This document shows, one piece after another, positions 55,786 to 64,000 of a DNA stretch of 64,000 nt (position 1 is its first letter; every line of letters starts with the position of its first letter). The stretch is from Candidatus Sericytochromatia bacterium (lineage in GTDB: Bacteria; Cyanobacteriota; Sericytochromatia; S15B-MN24; UBA4093): contig JAKFBU010000041.1 of the NCBI GenBank assembly GCA_036676985.1, forward strand, positions 96,001-160,000, given 5' to 3'. Below the pieces are notes generated by a model. That model saw only the letters and a program-made list of their open reading frames with translations, did no database searches and was not told the DNA's origin. Made by a program: the position numbers and the translations under genes.

Positions 55786-57360
55786 CTAGCCGATCTCGGT
55801 CAGCCGCAGCGACTCGTTGCGCTCCTGGACGAAGCGCAGCATCCACTGGTCTCGGAACAGGAGGACGTACTTGTCGTCCCGGTCCTTGAGCGTGAGGGCG
55901 TCCCGGATCGAGCGGGGATCGAAGTCGGGGCTGGCGACCCAGCGCGCGATCTCGTAGGGCATCGAGTCGAGGGCGATGTCCACGCCGTACTCGGCCTTGA
56001 GCCGGTGCTGCAACACCTCGAACTGCAGGACGCCGACCGCGCCCGCGATGGGCTCCTGTTCGCCCACGTCCGGACGCACGAAGAGCTGGACCGCGCCCTC
56101 CTCGGAGAGCTGGTCGAGGCCCTTCTTGAGCTGCTTGCGCTTGGATGGGTCCCGGAGCCGGATCTGGGCGAAGTGCTCGGGCATGAAGCGGGGAATCCCC
56201 TGGTACTCGAAGCCCTTGCCCTCGCAGAGGGTGTCGCCGATGCGGAAGTTGCCCGAATCGAAGAGGGCCACGATGTCGCCCGGGTACGCCTCCTCGACGG
56301 CCTGACGATCCTGCGCCATGAGCTGGTGGCTGTTGGCCAGGCGGATGTCCCGGCCGAGGCGCACGTGCTTGACGCTCATGCCGCGCGTGAACTTGCCGGA
56401 GCAGACCCGCATGAAGGCCATGCAGTCCCGGTGCGCGGGGTTCATGTTGGCCTGGATCTTGAAGATGAAGCCGCTGAACTGCTCGGCCTCGGGCGCCACG
56501 GGACCGTCGTCGGTCTCGCGCGGCACGGGCGAAGGTGCCAGGCGCACGAAGTCATCCAGGAAGATCTGGACGCCGAAGTTGGTCATGGCCGAGCCGAAGA
56601 AGAGCGGCGTCAGCTCGCCCGCGAGCACCCGCTCGTGATCGAAGGGATCCCCCGCAATCTCGAGCATCTCGATGTCCTCGAGCAGCTGGGCGTAGAGGCC
56701 CGCTCCCAGGACCTCGGGCAGGCTCGGATCCTCGAGCGTCAGCACGTCGACGCTGCCCTGCTTCTGGCCGTGGCTGGTGGAGTTGAACAGGTGGATCTTG
56801 CCGCTCTGACGGACGTAGACGCCCTTGAAGTCCGAGCCCATGCCGATGGGCCAGTTCATGGGGCAAGAGCGGATGCCGAGCACCTTCTCCAGCTCGTCCA
56901 TCAGGTCGAGGGGATCCCGGCCGTGCCGGTCCAGCTTGTTCACGAAGGTGAAGATGGGGACATGGCGCAGCCGGCAGACCTGGAAGAGCTTCTTGGTCTG
57001 CGCCTCGACGCCCTTGGCGGCGTCGATCAGCATGACCGCCGAGTCCGCTGCCGTCAGGGTCCGGTAGGTGTCCTCCGAGAAGTCCTGGTGGCCCGGGGTG
57101 TCGAGCAGGTTGACCTCGAAGCCCTCGTACGGGAACTGCAGCACGCTCGAGGTGATGGAGATGCCGCGCTGCCGCTCCATCTCCATCCAGTCCGAGGTGG
57201 CATGCCGCTGCGACCGGCGCGCCTTGACCGAGCCCGCCAGGTGGATGGCGCCTCCGTACAGGAGGAGCTTCTCGGTCAGGGTGGTCTTCCCCGCGTCGGG
57301 GTGCGAGATGATGGCGAACGTCCGGCGGCGCTGGACTTCTTCGGCGAGGGTCGGGGGCAA
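55786..57360 (-). CDS. prfC: Peptide chain release factor 3
   Basis: RRTFAIISHPDAGKTTLTEKLLL, DTPGHQDFSEDTYR, FKIQANM, GVLQFEV. Confidence 0.98.
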   Translation of the reverse strand: MPPTLAEEVQRRRTFAIISHPDAGKTTLTEKLLLYGGAIHLAGSVKARRSQRHATSDWMEMERQRGISITSSVLQFPYEGFEVNLLDTPGHQDFSEDTYRTLTAADSAVMLIDAAKGVEAQTKKLFQVCRLRHVPIFTFVNKLDRHGRDPLDLMDELEKVLGIRSCPMNWPIGMGSDFKGVYVRQSGKIHLFNSTSHGQKQGSVDVLTLEDPSLPEVLGAGLYAQLLEDIEMLEIAGDPFDHERVLAGELTPLFFGSAMTNFGVQIFLDDFVRLAPSPVPRETDDGPVAPEAEQFSGFIFKIQANMNPAHRDCMAFMRVCSGKFTRGMSVKHVRLGRDIRLANSHQLMAQDRQAVEEAYPGDIVALFDSGNFRIGDTLCEGKGFEYQGIPRFMPEHFAQIRLRDPSKRKQLKKGLDQLSEEGAVQLFVRPDVGEQEPIAGAVGVLQFEVLQHRLKAEYGVDIALDSMPYEIARWVASPDFDPRSIRDALTLKDRDDKYVLLFRDQWMLRFVQERNESLRLTEIG

Positions 57361-57449
57361 GAGGATCCTCCTAGAATCGAGGGTCGAACACGACTAGCCC
57401 CCTATTATATCTCCTCAAGACGGCGCCGGGAGCCGTCTCTCAAGATCGT

Positions 57450-59264
57450 TCAGCTCGCGCGGCGCTCCGCCTCCGGCGTCATGAGGCGCTGGAAGGCCTC
57501 GGGCGGCACCGGACGGCTGATGAGATAGCCCTGGATCTCGTCGCAGCCGTGGGCGGCGAGGTAGGCGCGCTGCTGCTCGGTCTCGACGCCCTCGGCGATG
57601 ACGCGCATCCCGAGGCTGTGGGCGAGCCCGATGATGGCCTTCACGAGCACCGCATCGTCCGTGACGGCCTGGATCTCCCGCACGAAGCTCTGATCGATCT
57701 TGAGCATGCCGATGGGGAAGCGCTGCAGGTAGCTCAGGGAGCTGTAGCCGGTGCCGAAGTCGTCGATGGAGACGGCGACGCCGGTGGCCCGCAGCGTCTG
57801 GAGGGTGGCGAGCGTCCTGGCGTGGTCCTCCATGAAGATGCTCTCCGTCATCTCCAGCTCGAGCATGCTCGGCGGCAGGTCGCACTCCGCGAGCACCGCG
57901 GCGATGGCGTCGGTCACCTCGCGCTGCTTGAAGTAGAGGCCCGAGAGGTTCACGGCCATGCGGCGCAGGGGTGCTCCGGCGCTCAGCCATTCCCTGGCCT
58001 GTCGGCAGGCCTTGCGCAGGACCAGGTCGGTGATGGGCAGGATGAGCCCCGTCTCTTCGGCGAGCGGAATGAACTTGGCCGGCGACACCATCCCGAGCTC
58101 CGGGTGGTGCCAGCGGATCAGGGCCTCGGCCCCGACGATTTCCCCCGTGCGCAGGTCGACCTGCGGCTGGTAGTGAAGGACGAACTCGTCGTGCTCGATG
58201 GCCCTGTGAAGCCGGCTCTCGAGCGACAGTCGCTCCAGGGCCGCCTCGTGCATGGAGGACGAGTAGAGCACGCAGGTGTTGCGCTGGTGCTTGGCCCGGT
58301 ACATGGCCGTTTCGGCGTTCATGAGGAGCTCCGAGGGCTCCTCGCCGTCGCACGGGAAGTGGCTGATGCCGACGCTCGCCGAGACGTACAGGTCGTGCTC
58401 CGAGACCTTGAACGGCTTTTCGAGGGCCTCCAGCAGGCTGTTGGCGGCGGTCATGGCGTCTTGCTCCTCGGTGACCCGGCTCAGGATGACCGAGAACGAG
58501 TCGCCGCCGATGCGGGCGAAGAAGACCCCGTGGTGCAGCGTCTCCTGGAGGCGCCGGGCGATGGCCTGGAGGAGCGCATCACCGATCTCGTGCCCGAGGG
58601 TGTCGTTGATGTTCTTGAAGCGATCCAGGTCGAGCAGCAGGATGGCCAGCTGTCGGTCGTGGTGCTTGGCCAGGGAGACGGCATGCTGCATGCGATCGCG
58701 GAACTGGCGGCGATTGGGAAGCCCCGTCAACGGATCCACGTAGGCGTTGTGCTCGGCGAGGGCCTCGGCGTGCTTGCGCCTGCTGATGTTGCGCGCGACG
58801 ACCTGCGAGGCCGGCCGCCCCTCGTGGCTCGTGGGCATGCCGATGATCTCGACGTCCACGATCGAGCCGTCCAGGGCCACGAGCTTGGTCTCGACGAGCG
58901 GCGTCGCCATGGCCTCCTCGAGGACGCGCTGGACCCGGGCGACCATCAGGGCCTCGTGCTCAGGATGGATGAAGTCCCAGATGAGGCGACCGTGGAGGTC
59001 CTGGGGATCCGCTACGCCCAGCATGCGGGCGCCTGCCTGGTTGATGAACACGATGCGACCTTCGCAGTGGACGGCCACCAGGTCGGTCATGTGCTCGACC
59101 AGTAGCCGGAAGCGAGCGTCGTCCTCAGGCATGGGCGAGCGCCGCGAGTCGCGCGCCGCCTCCGTATCACCAGCCATTCCCGCTATCCTCTTGCCGTGCA
59201 GCCGTATACGCAAGTCTAAGTTTCCGGCAGGGAAGCGAGCCCAGGGACCGTAGTTATTCCGCAA
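57450..59264 (-). CDS. PAS-GGDEF-EAL protein, probable c-di-GMP phosphodiesterase (start uncertain, 59132-59264)
   Basis: PAS domain; DPLTGLPNR, GGDSF; YQPQ, EALIRW, DDFGTGYSSL, AEGVE, QGY. Confidence 0.93.
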   Translation of the reverse strand: MRNNYGPWARFPAGNLDLRIRLHGKRIAGMAGDTEAARDSRRSPMPEDDARFRLLVEHMTDLVAVHCEGRIVFINQAGARMLGVADPQDLHGRLIWDFIHPEHEALMVARVQRVLEEAMATPLVETKLVALDGSIVDVEIIGMPTSHEGRPASQVVARNISRRKHAEALAEHNAYVDPLTGLPNRRQFRDRMQHAVSLAKHHDRQLAILLLDLDRFKNINDTLGHEIGDALLQAIARRLQETLHHGVFFARIGGDSFSVILSRVTEEQDAMTAANSLLEALEKPFKVSEHDLYVSASVGISHFPCDGEEPSELLMNAETAMYRAKHQRNTCVLYSSSMHEAALERLSLESRLHRAIEHDEFVLHYQPQVDLRTGEIVGAEALIRWHHPELGMVSPAKFIPLAEETGLILPITDLVLRKACRQAREWLSAGAPLRRMAVNLSGLYFKQREVTDAIAAVLAECDLPPSMLELEMTESIFMEDHARTLATLQTLRATGVAVSIDDFGTGYSSLSYLQRFPIGMLKIDQSFVREIQAVTDDAVLVKAIIGLAHSLGMRVIAEGVETEQQRAYLAAHGCDEIQGYLISRPVPPEAFQRLMTPEAERRAS

Positions 59265-59343
59265 TCGCGGCTAACGAATTGTCAGGATCCAGGGACGATG
59301 GGACGGCCGCAAAGCACCGATTACCCCAACGTCCCGCCGGGAA

Positions 59344-60339
59344 TCAGGCCGAGACCTCACCGGCCAGGGGCAGGAGCAGGTTGCGAACGGCACGCTGGGG
59401 GCTGCCCAGCTGCCCCAGGAGGAACATGAGCTTCACGGTGGCGGCCTCCACGGTCATGTCGCCGCAGGAGACGGCGCCCGCCTTCTGGGCCAGGGCCCCG
59501 CACTCGTAGAGGCCGAGGTTGACGCCCCCCGAGAAGGCCTGGCTGCAGATGGCGACGATCTTGCCCTTGGCAGTCGCCCGCTCGATGAAGGGGATGAGGC
59601 TGTGGTCCCCGGTGGGGACGTTGCCCGCGCCGAAGGCCTCGAGCACGATGGCCTCGGCCGAGCCCTCTGCGAGCGGCATCAGGAGGTCGGGGGCCATGCC
59701 CGGCGAAACCCGGATGGCGAGCACGCGATCGCTGAACTCGCGGTGCAGCCGAAAGAGCCCGGACGGGCGGCGGATGCCCTCGGCGTTGAGGGCCACGTTG
59801 AGGCCCACCTCGGCCAAGGGCGCGAAGTTGGGCGAGGCGAAGGCGTCGAACTCGTGGATGCTGACCTTCTTGGCGCGGTTGCCCCGCAGGAGCCGGTGGT
59901 TGAAGAAGATGCCGACCTCGGGCACGTCCATGGTGGCGAGCTCCAGGGCCGAGATGAGGTTGTGGCGCGCGTCGCTGCGGATCTCGGAGATGGGGCGCTG
60001 GGCGCCTGTCAGGATGACGGGCTTGGCGAGGTTCGAGAGCATGAACGACAGGGCCGAGGCCGTGTAGACCATGGTGTCGGTGCCGTGGATGACGACGAAG
60101 CCGTCGTAGGCGTCCATGTGCGCGTCGATGGCGTCGGCGATCGCCTGCCACTGGGGGATGCCCACGTTGGAGCTGTCCAGGTTGAAGAGGACCTTGGCAT
60201 CAATGTGGGCGATCGAGCGCGCCTCGGGCAGGCTCGTGAGCAGCTCGTCGGCGACCTCGGGCGGTCGAAGGGACCCTTCGACCGTCTTGTGGGTCATGCC
60301 GAGGGTGCCGCCGGTCTGGAGGAGGAGTAGGCGCTTCAT
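59344..60339 (-). CDS. ansA: L-asparaginase type I
   Basis: TGGTLGM, DSS, HGTDTM, TGAQ, RGNRAKK; ATG overlaps the serC stop. Confidence 0.93.
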   Translation of the reverse strand: MKRLLLLQTGGTLGMTHKTVEGSLRPPEVADELLTSLPEARSIAHIDAKVLFNLDSSNVGIPQWQAIADAIDAHMDAYDGFVVIHGTDTMVYTASALSFMLSNLAKPVILTGAQRPISEIRSDARHNLISALELATMDVPEVGIFFNHRLLRGNRAKKVSIHEFDAFASPNFAPLAEVGLNVALNAEGIRRPSGLFRLHREFSDRVLAIRVSPGMAPDLLMPLAEGSAEAIVLEAFGAGNVPTGDHSLIPFIERATAKGKIVAICSQAFSGGVNLGLYECGALAQKAGAVSCGDMTVEAATVKLMFLLGQLGSPQRAVRNLLLPLAGEVSA

Positions 60340-61436
60340 TGGTTTCCTTGGGCGAAGTGATCCATGTAGTCGGCGAGCAGGCGCACGCTCTTCACGGGCA
60401 TGGCGTTGTAGATGGAGGCCCGGCAGCCGCCCACCGAGCGGTGCCCCTTGAGGCCGACGAGATCCCGCTCCTCGGCTCCCTTGAGGAAGGCCTTCTCCAG
60501 CTCCTCGCTCGACAGGCGCCAGGTGACGTTCATGGTCGAGCGCGAGTCGAGGCGCGCGTGGCCCTGATAGAGGCCGGGGTGGCGGTCGATGGCCGCGTAG
60601 AGGAGGCGGGCCTTCTCGTGGTTGCGGCGCTCGGCCTCCGCGAGGCCGCCCTGGGCCTTGAGCCAGGCGAGCACGTTGCGGAGCATGTAGACGCCGAAGG
60701 TCGGGGGCGTGTTGTAGAGCGAGTCGTTCTGGACATGGGTCGGGTAGGAGAGCATCGTCGTGAGGCCCTCGTTGCACTTCGCGAGCAGGTCGTCCCGGAT
60801 GACGACGAGGGTCACGCCCGAGGGCCCGAGGTTCTTCTGGGCACCCGCGTAGAGGAGGCCGAAGGGGCGCACGTCGAAGGGCCGCCACATGACGTCGCTC
60901 GACATGTCGGCGACGATGGGCACGCCCCGGGTGTCCGGGACGCGGTGGAACTGGGTCCCGAAGATGGTGTTGTTGCTCGTCAGGTGCACGTAGGCGGCCC
61001 CCGGCGTGAGCGTGAGCTCGTCGTCCGATTGGGGCACCCGGTCGAAGTTTGTGGCCTCGGAGGAGTAGGCCACGTTCGTCTTGCCGAAGCGCTTGGCCTC
61101 CTTGAGGGCCTTTTTCGCCCAGTCGCCCGTGACGACGTAGTCGGCGACGCGATCGCCGCCCAGCAGGTTCATGGGGACCATGCCGAACTGGAGGCTGGCG
61201 CCGCCCTGCAGGAAGAGGACGTGGTAGTCGGATGGCAGCTGCATCAGCTCGCGCACGAGGGCCTTGGCCTCTTCGTGGAGGGCCAGGTACTCCTTGGAGC
61301 GGTGGCTGATCTCCATGACCGACATGCCGGTCCCCTCGAAGTCCAAGAGCTCCCGCTGGGCCCGCTCGAGGGCCTCCAGGGGCATGGTGGCGGGACCCGC
61401 GTAGAAGTTGTGGACACGCTTTTGCTGGGTGATCAC
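60336..61436 (-). CDS. serC: Phosphoserine aminotransferase
   Basis: NFYAGPA, EISHRS, QGGASLQF, DMSSD, AGAQKNLG, NTPP, GHRSVGG. Confidence 0.97.
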   Translation of the reverse strand: MITQQKRVHNFYAGPATMPLEALERAQRELLDFEGTGMSVMEISHRSKEYLALHEEAKALVRELMQLPSDYHVLFLQGGASLQFGMVPMNLLGGDRVADYVVTGDWAKKALKEAKRFGKTNVAYSSEATNFDRVPQSDDELTLTPGAAYVHLTSNNTIFGTQFHRVPDTRGVPIVADMSSDVMWRPFDVRPFGLLYAGAQKNLGPSGVTLVVIRDDLLAKCNEGLTTMLSYPTHVQNDSLYNTPPTFGVYMLRNVLAWLKAQGGLAEAERRNHEKARLLYAAIDRHPGLYQGHARLDSRSTMNVTWRLSSEELEKAFLKGAEERDLVGLKGHRSVGGCRASIYNAMPVKSVRLLADYMDHFAQGNQ

Positions 61437-61545
61437 GGCGTTTCGCTCCTCAAGGGGACGGGCGCTCGGGCTCCACTCTTACGACTTGGCCCGGCATCGA
61501 TTATACTGAAGCGCTTCAGGCAAGATCCAGGGAAAGGACGGACAC

Positions 61546-61986
61546 ATGGTGAAACACGCAGTCCTGATTGTCGCAATGATCGCAGCCTTCGGCCTGGTGG
61601 GCTGCCGAGGAGGGGATAAGATGGAGAATCAACCGTCTGACAAGGCCGTGGCAACCGCATCGGGCCTCAAGTACGACGTCATCCAGCCGGGGACCGGCGA
61701 GACGGCGACCGCCGGCAAGGTCGTGGCCGTGCACTACACCGGCTGGCTGCAGTCGGACGGCACCAAGTTCGACAGCTCGCGCGACCGTGGGCAGCCCTTC
61801 GAGTTCGTGCTCGGCCGGGGCCAGGTCATCCGGGGCTGGGACGAGGGCGTGGCCGGGATGAAAGAGGGCGAGAAGCGCAAGCTCTACATCCCCGCGGACC
61901 TCGCCTACGGCACCCGCGGCGTCCCCGGCGTGATCCCCCCCAACTCCACCCTCGTCTTCGAGGTGGAACTCCTGGACGTGAAGTAA
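61546..61986 (+). CDS. FKBP-type peptidyl-prolyl isomerase lipoprotein 1
   Basis: LVG|C lipobox; [33 protein letters not shown]. Confidence 0.95.
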   Translation: MVKHAVLIVAMIAAFGLVGCRGGDKMENQPSDKAVATASGLKYDVIQPGTGETATAGKVVAVHYTGWLQSDGTKFDSSRDRGQPFEFVLGRGQVIRGWDEGVAGMKEGEKRKLYIPADLAYGTRGVPGVIPPNSTLVFEVELLDVK

Positions 61987-61996
61987 GGAAAGCGGC

Positions 61997-62497
61997 ATGA
62001 AGATTCAGTACGTTGCCATCGGCCTCTTAGCGGCCGCCCTGAGCCTGACGGCTTGCCAGAAGAGCGAGGAGCCCGCGACCACCGGCGGCGAGGCCACCGG
62101 CTCGGCCGTGGCCACCGATTCCGCCGCGGCGACCGACTCCGCGGGCGCCACGGGCGCCAACACCGTCACCACGGCCTCGGGTCTCAAGTACGAGGACCAG
62201 AAGGTCGGTACCGGCGCCGAGGCGGTGGCCGGCAAGACGGTCAAGGTCCACTACACGGGCTGGCTCCTGGACGGCACCAAGTTCGACAGCTCGGTGGACC
62301 GCGGCGAGCCCTTCGAGTTCGCGCTCGGCCAGGGCCAGGTCATCAAGGGCTGGGACGAGGGCGTGGCCGGCATGAAGGTCGGCGGCAAGCGCAAGCTGAC
62401 CATCCCGCCCGATCTGGGTTACGGGGCGGCGGGCGCTGGCCCGATTCCTCCCAACTCGACGCTCGTCTTCGATGTCGAGCTGCTCGACGTCAAGTAA
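61997..62497 (+). CDS. FKBP-type peptidyl-prolyl isomerase lipoprotein 2
   Basis: LTA|C lipobox; same FKBP motifs. Confidence 0.95.
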   Translation: MKIQYVAIGLLAAALSLTACQKSEEPATTGGEATGSAVATDSAAATDSAGATGANTVTTASGLKYEDQKVGTGAEAVAGKTVKVHYTGWLLDGTKFDSSVDRGEPFEFALGQGQVIKGWDEGVAGMKVGGKRKLTIPPDLGYGAAGAGPIPPNSTLVFDVELLDVK

Positions 62498-62503
62498 CGA
62501 GGC

Positions 62504-62532
62504 AGAGGGCCGCCCGCTGGGCGGCCCTTTTT
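62504..62532 (+). terminator. Intrinsic terminator
   Basis: AGGGCCGCCC-GCT-GGGCGGCCCT followed by TTTT. Confidence 0.85.
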
Positions 62533-62533
62533 C

Positions 62534-62833
62534 GTGATGAAGACCGAGCGCTGGAGACTGAAGGTGGCGGCGAGCCGCTCCATCTGGACCATGCTCTTCG
62601 TGGCCCTGTTGACGAGCCCCTTCGGGGGCTACCTGTACATCGGGCACTTCAAGCGCAGTGGGTGGTTCCTGCTGGTCTTCGCCGTCGCCATGGCCACCGT
62701 GGGCCTGAGCATCGACTACCTGGGACTACCCATGTGGGCGGCCGATCTGACGGTGGCGGTGGGCTTCGCGGGAGCCCTGGCGGATATGGCGCTCATTATT
62801 CTGAAAGCGCGGCGCGAGCTGGTTTTGGAATAA
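62534..62833 (+). CDS. Small hypothetical membrane protein
   Basis: Three hydrophobic segments; PFGGYLYIG (TM2-like) motif. Confidence 0.6.
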   Translation: MMKTERWRLKVAASRSIWTMLFVALLTSPFGGYLYIGHFKRSGWFLLVFAVAMATVGLSIDYLGLPMWAADLTVAVGFAGALADMALIILKARRELVLE

Positions 62834-62981
62834 GGAGGACCCCCCGGCCCCCCTCTAGAGGGGGGTGGGGATCATGGGTGGGTGGACAGCAAGGTGGCTC
62901 CAACCGATCAGGGGTGAAGCACCCCCTCCCAATGGCTTCCCCCCTTCTTGAGGGGGGGGGCTAGGGGGGTCCTCCTTATTC
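62828..62981. repeat. Palindromic C/G-tract element, divergent relative of copies A-C
   Basis: Perfect 18-bp terminal inverted repeat GAATAAGGAGGACCCCCC / GGGGGGTCCTCCTTATTC with inner CCCCCCT..AGGGGGG hairpins. Confidence 0.8.
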
Positions 62982-62982
62982 T

Positions 62983-63318
62983 TTAACCCTGCAAATGCTC
63001 CGTCGCGAACCAGAACAGCTGGCCGCGCAGCTTCTCGTCGATCTCGCGGTACTCGAGGGCCACTCGGAACAAACCCTCGACCGGCTGCACCCGGATGACC
63101 CGGGCCGTGAAGAGTTGCTCGCCCTCTTCGCCCATGTTCACGGAGACCCGCACCTGGCCGCCCTCGGGCAGCGACTCGCGCGAGAGCACCAACGCCCCGC
63201 CGCCCGACACGTTCTCGAACTGGCCCATGACCGGGGGCGCATACGCCCCCGCCGACTCGACCTCCAGCGTGCAGGGCAAGTGCGACTCACCCCGCGCAAA
63301 GACACGCCGCTCGTCCAT
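62983..63318 (-). CDS. PilZ-domain protein
   Basis: ERRVFAR (RxxxR) and NVSGGG (D/NxSxxG) c-di-GMP-binding motifs. Confidence 0.88.
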   Translation of the reverse strand: MDERRVFARGESHLPCTLEVESAGAYAPPVMGQFENVSGGGALVLSRESLPEGGQVRVSVNMGEEGEQLFTARVIRVQPVEGLFRVALEYREIDEKLRGQLFWFATEHLQG

Positions 63319-63365
63319 CCGACGCTCCTCTAACTAGCAGCCGACAGGCTCAGCCTACCACGCCC

Positions 63366-64000
63366 CTACCGGCCGCGGCGAGACGGCCCCTGACCGGGCT
63401 TGCGACCAGGTCCCTGGCCCGGCCGCTGGGCAGGACCCTGCCCAGGCTTCTTGGCCGGTCCCTGACCGGACTTCTTGGCGGGCCCGGTCGTCGCCTTCTG
63501 GGCTGCCTTCGGAGCCGGACCAGCGGCGGCCGCCTTGCGGGGTGCCGCCGGAGCGGCCTTGCGGGCAGCCCCCTGAGCCGGACGCTGAGCCGCCCCCGGA
63601 CCACCCGCCGAGGGGCGGCGGGGCGCCACCGTGGCGATCTTGCGCGGCAGGGGATCGACCACCAGGCCGCGCAAGGGCCTGAAGGTCACGAGCTTCTGGA
63701 TGGCCTGGAGCGCCCGCAGCTCGCTGGGCGCCACGAGCGTCAGGGCCATGCCCTCGCGGCCCGCCCGGCCCGTGCGGCCCGTGCGGTGGACGAAGGTCTC
63801 GACGGTGGTGGGCACCGTGTAGTTGACCACGTGGGTCACGCCCGGCACGTCGATGCCGCGCGCTGCGAGGTCCGTCGCGATGAGCAGGGGCAGGTCGCCC
63901 GTCCGGAACGCCTCCAGGATGCGGCTGCGCTTGGCCTGCGAGAGCTCGCCCGACAGGTACTCGTTCTCGAAGCCGAGCGTGCTCAGCTGATCGGCCAGCC
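63366..64000 (-). CDS. DEAD-box RNA helicase, C-terminal part (5' end beyond window)
   Basis: LSGELSQAKR, LIATDLAARGIDVPGVTHVVNY, HRTGRTGRAG; basic tail. Confidence 0.92.
   Translation of the reverse strand, partial: LADQLSTLGFENEYLSGELSQAKRSRILEAFRTGDLPLLIATDLAARGIDVPGVTHVVNYTVPTTVETFVHRTGRTGRAGREGMALTLVAPSELRALQAIQKLVTFRPLRGLVVDPLPRKIATVAPRRPSAGGPGAAQRPAQGAARKAAPAAPRKAAAAGPAPKAAQKATTGPAKKSGQGPAKKPGQGPAQRPGQGPGRKPGQGPSRRGR

Noticed and set aside
59290-59336. GGGAC..GCAAAGC resembling a c-di-GMP-I riboswitch near the GGDEF-EAL gene
   Set aside because: Wrong strand for that gene and the P1/P2 consensus is missing; better explained as a hairpin (GGGACGATGGG/CCCAACGTCCC) after ansA.
60340-60888. 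Apparent N-terminal extension or fusion of asparaginase (514-aa ORF)
   Set aside because: It overlaps serC in another frame; the real start is MKRLLLLQTGGT at 60339, overlapping the serC stop.

Overview
High-GC (about 68-70% by eye) diderm bacterial chromosome segment. I saw no CRISPR array, integrase, transposase or prophage. The lineage is inferred, not proven: Firmicutes-like gene orders (rpiB-glyA-wecA-wecB; rplS-rbgA), SLH-anchored outer-membrane proteins and an SphR/PhoB-like regulator point to a Terrabacteria diderm such as a non-photosynthetic relative of Cyanobacteria. Bases 1-13.2 kb hold an unusual minus-strand Tad/Flp pilus locus. It has a CpaE(TadZ)-CpaF(TadA) fusion, a very short secretin, an SLH protein, two Flp pilins and a co-oriented upstream unit carrying a PilT/PilU-family retraction ATPase. 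Palindromic repeat elements sit in frame inside the cleavable leaders of two prepilins. At 17.5 kb, a small exported ORF ending in the ribosome-arrest motif RAPP lies directly upstream of an SLH/beta-barrel gene, and its last codons are complementary to that gene's Shine-Dalgarno sequence; this is a candidate new secretion-monitoring switch. The remainder is mostly housekeeping and signalling: serS, sodC, nhaD, a histidine kinase, a CRP-family regulator, wecB/wecA/glyA/rpiB, rbgA, rplS, phoB-like, tamB, tRNA-fMet, amiC, rsmG, ccdA, recQ, rnd, prfC, GGDEF-EAL, ansA, serC, two FKBPs, PilZ and a partial DEAD-box helicase. All calls come from reading motifs by eye; no searches were run.
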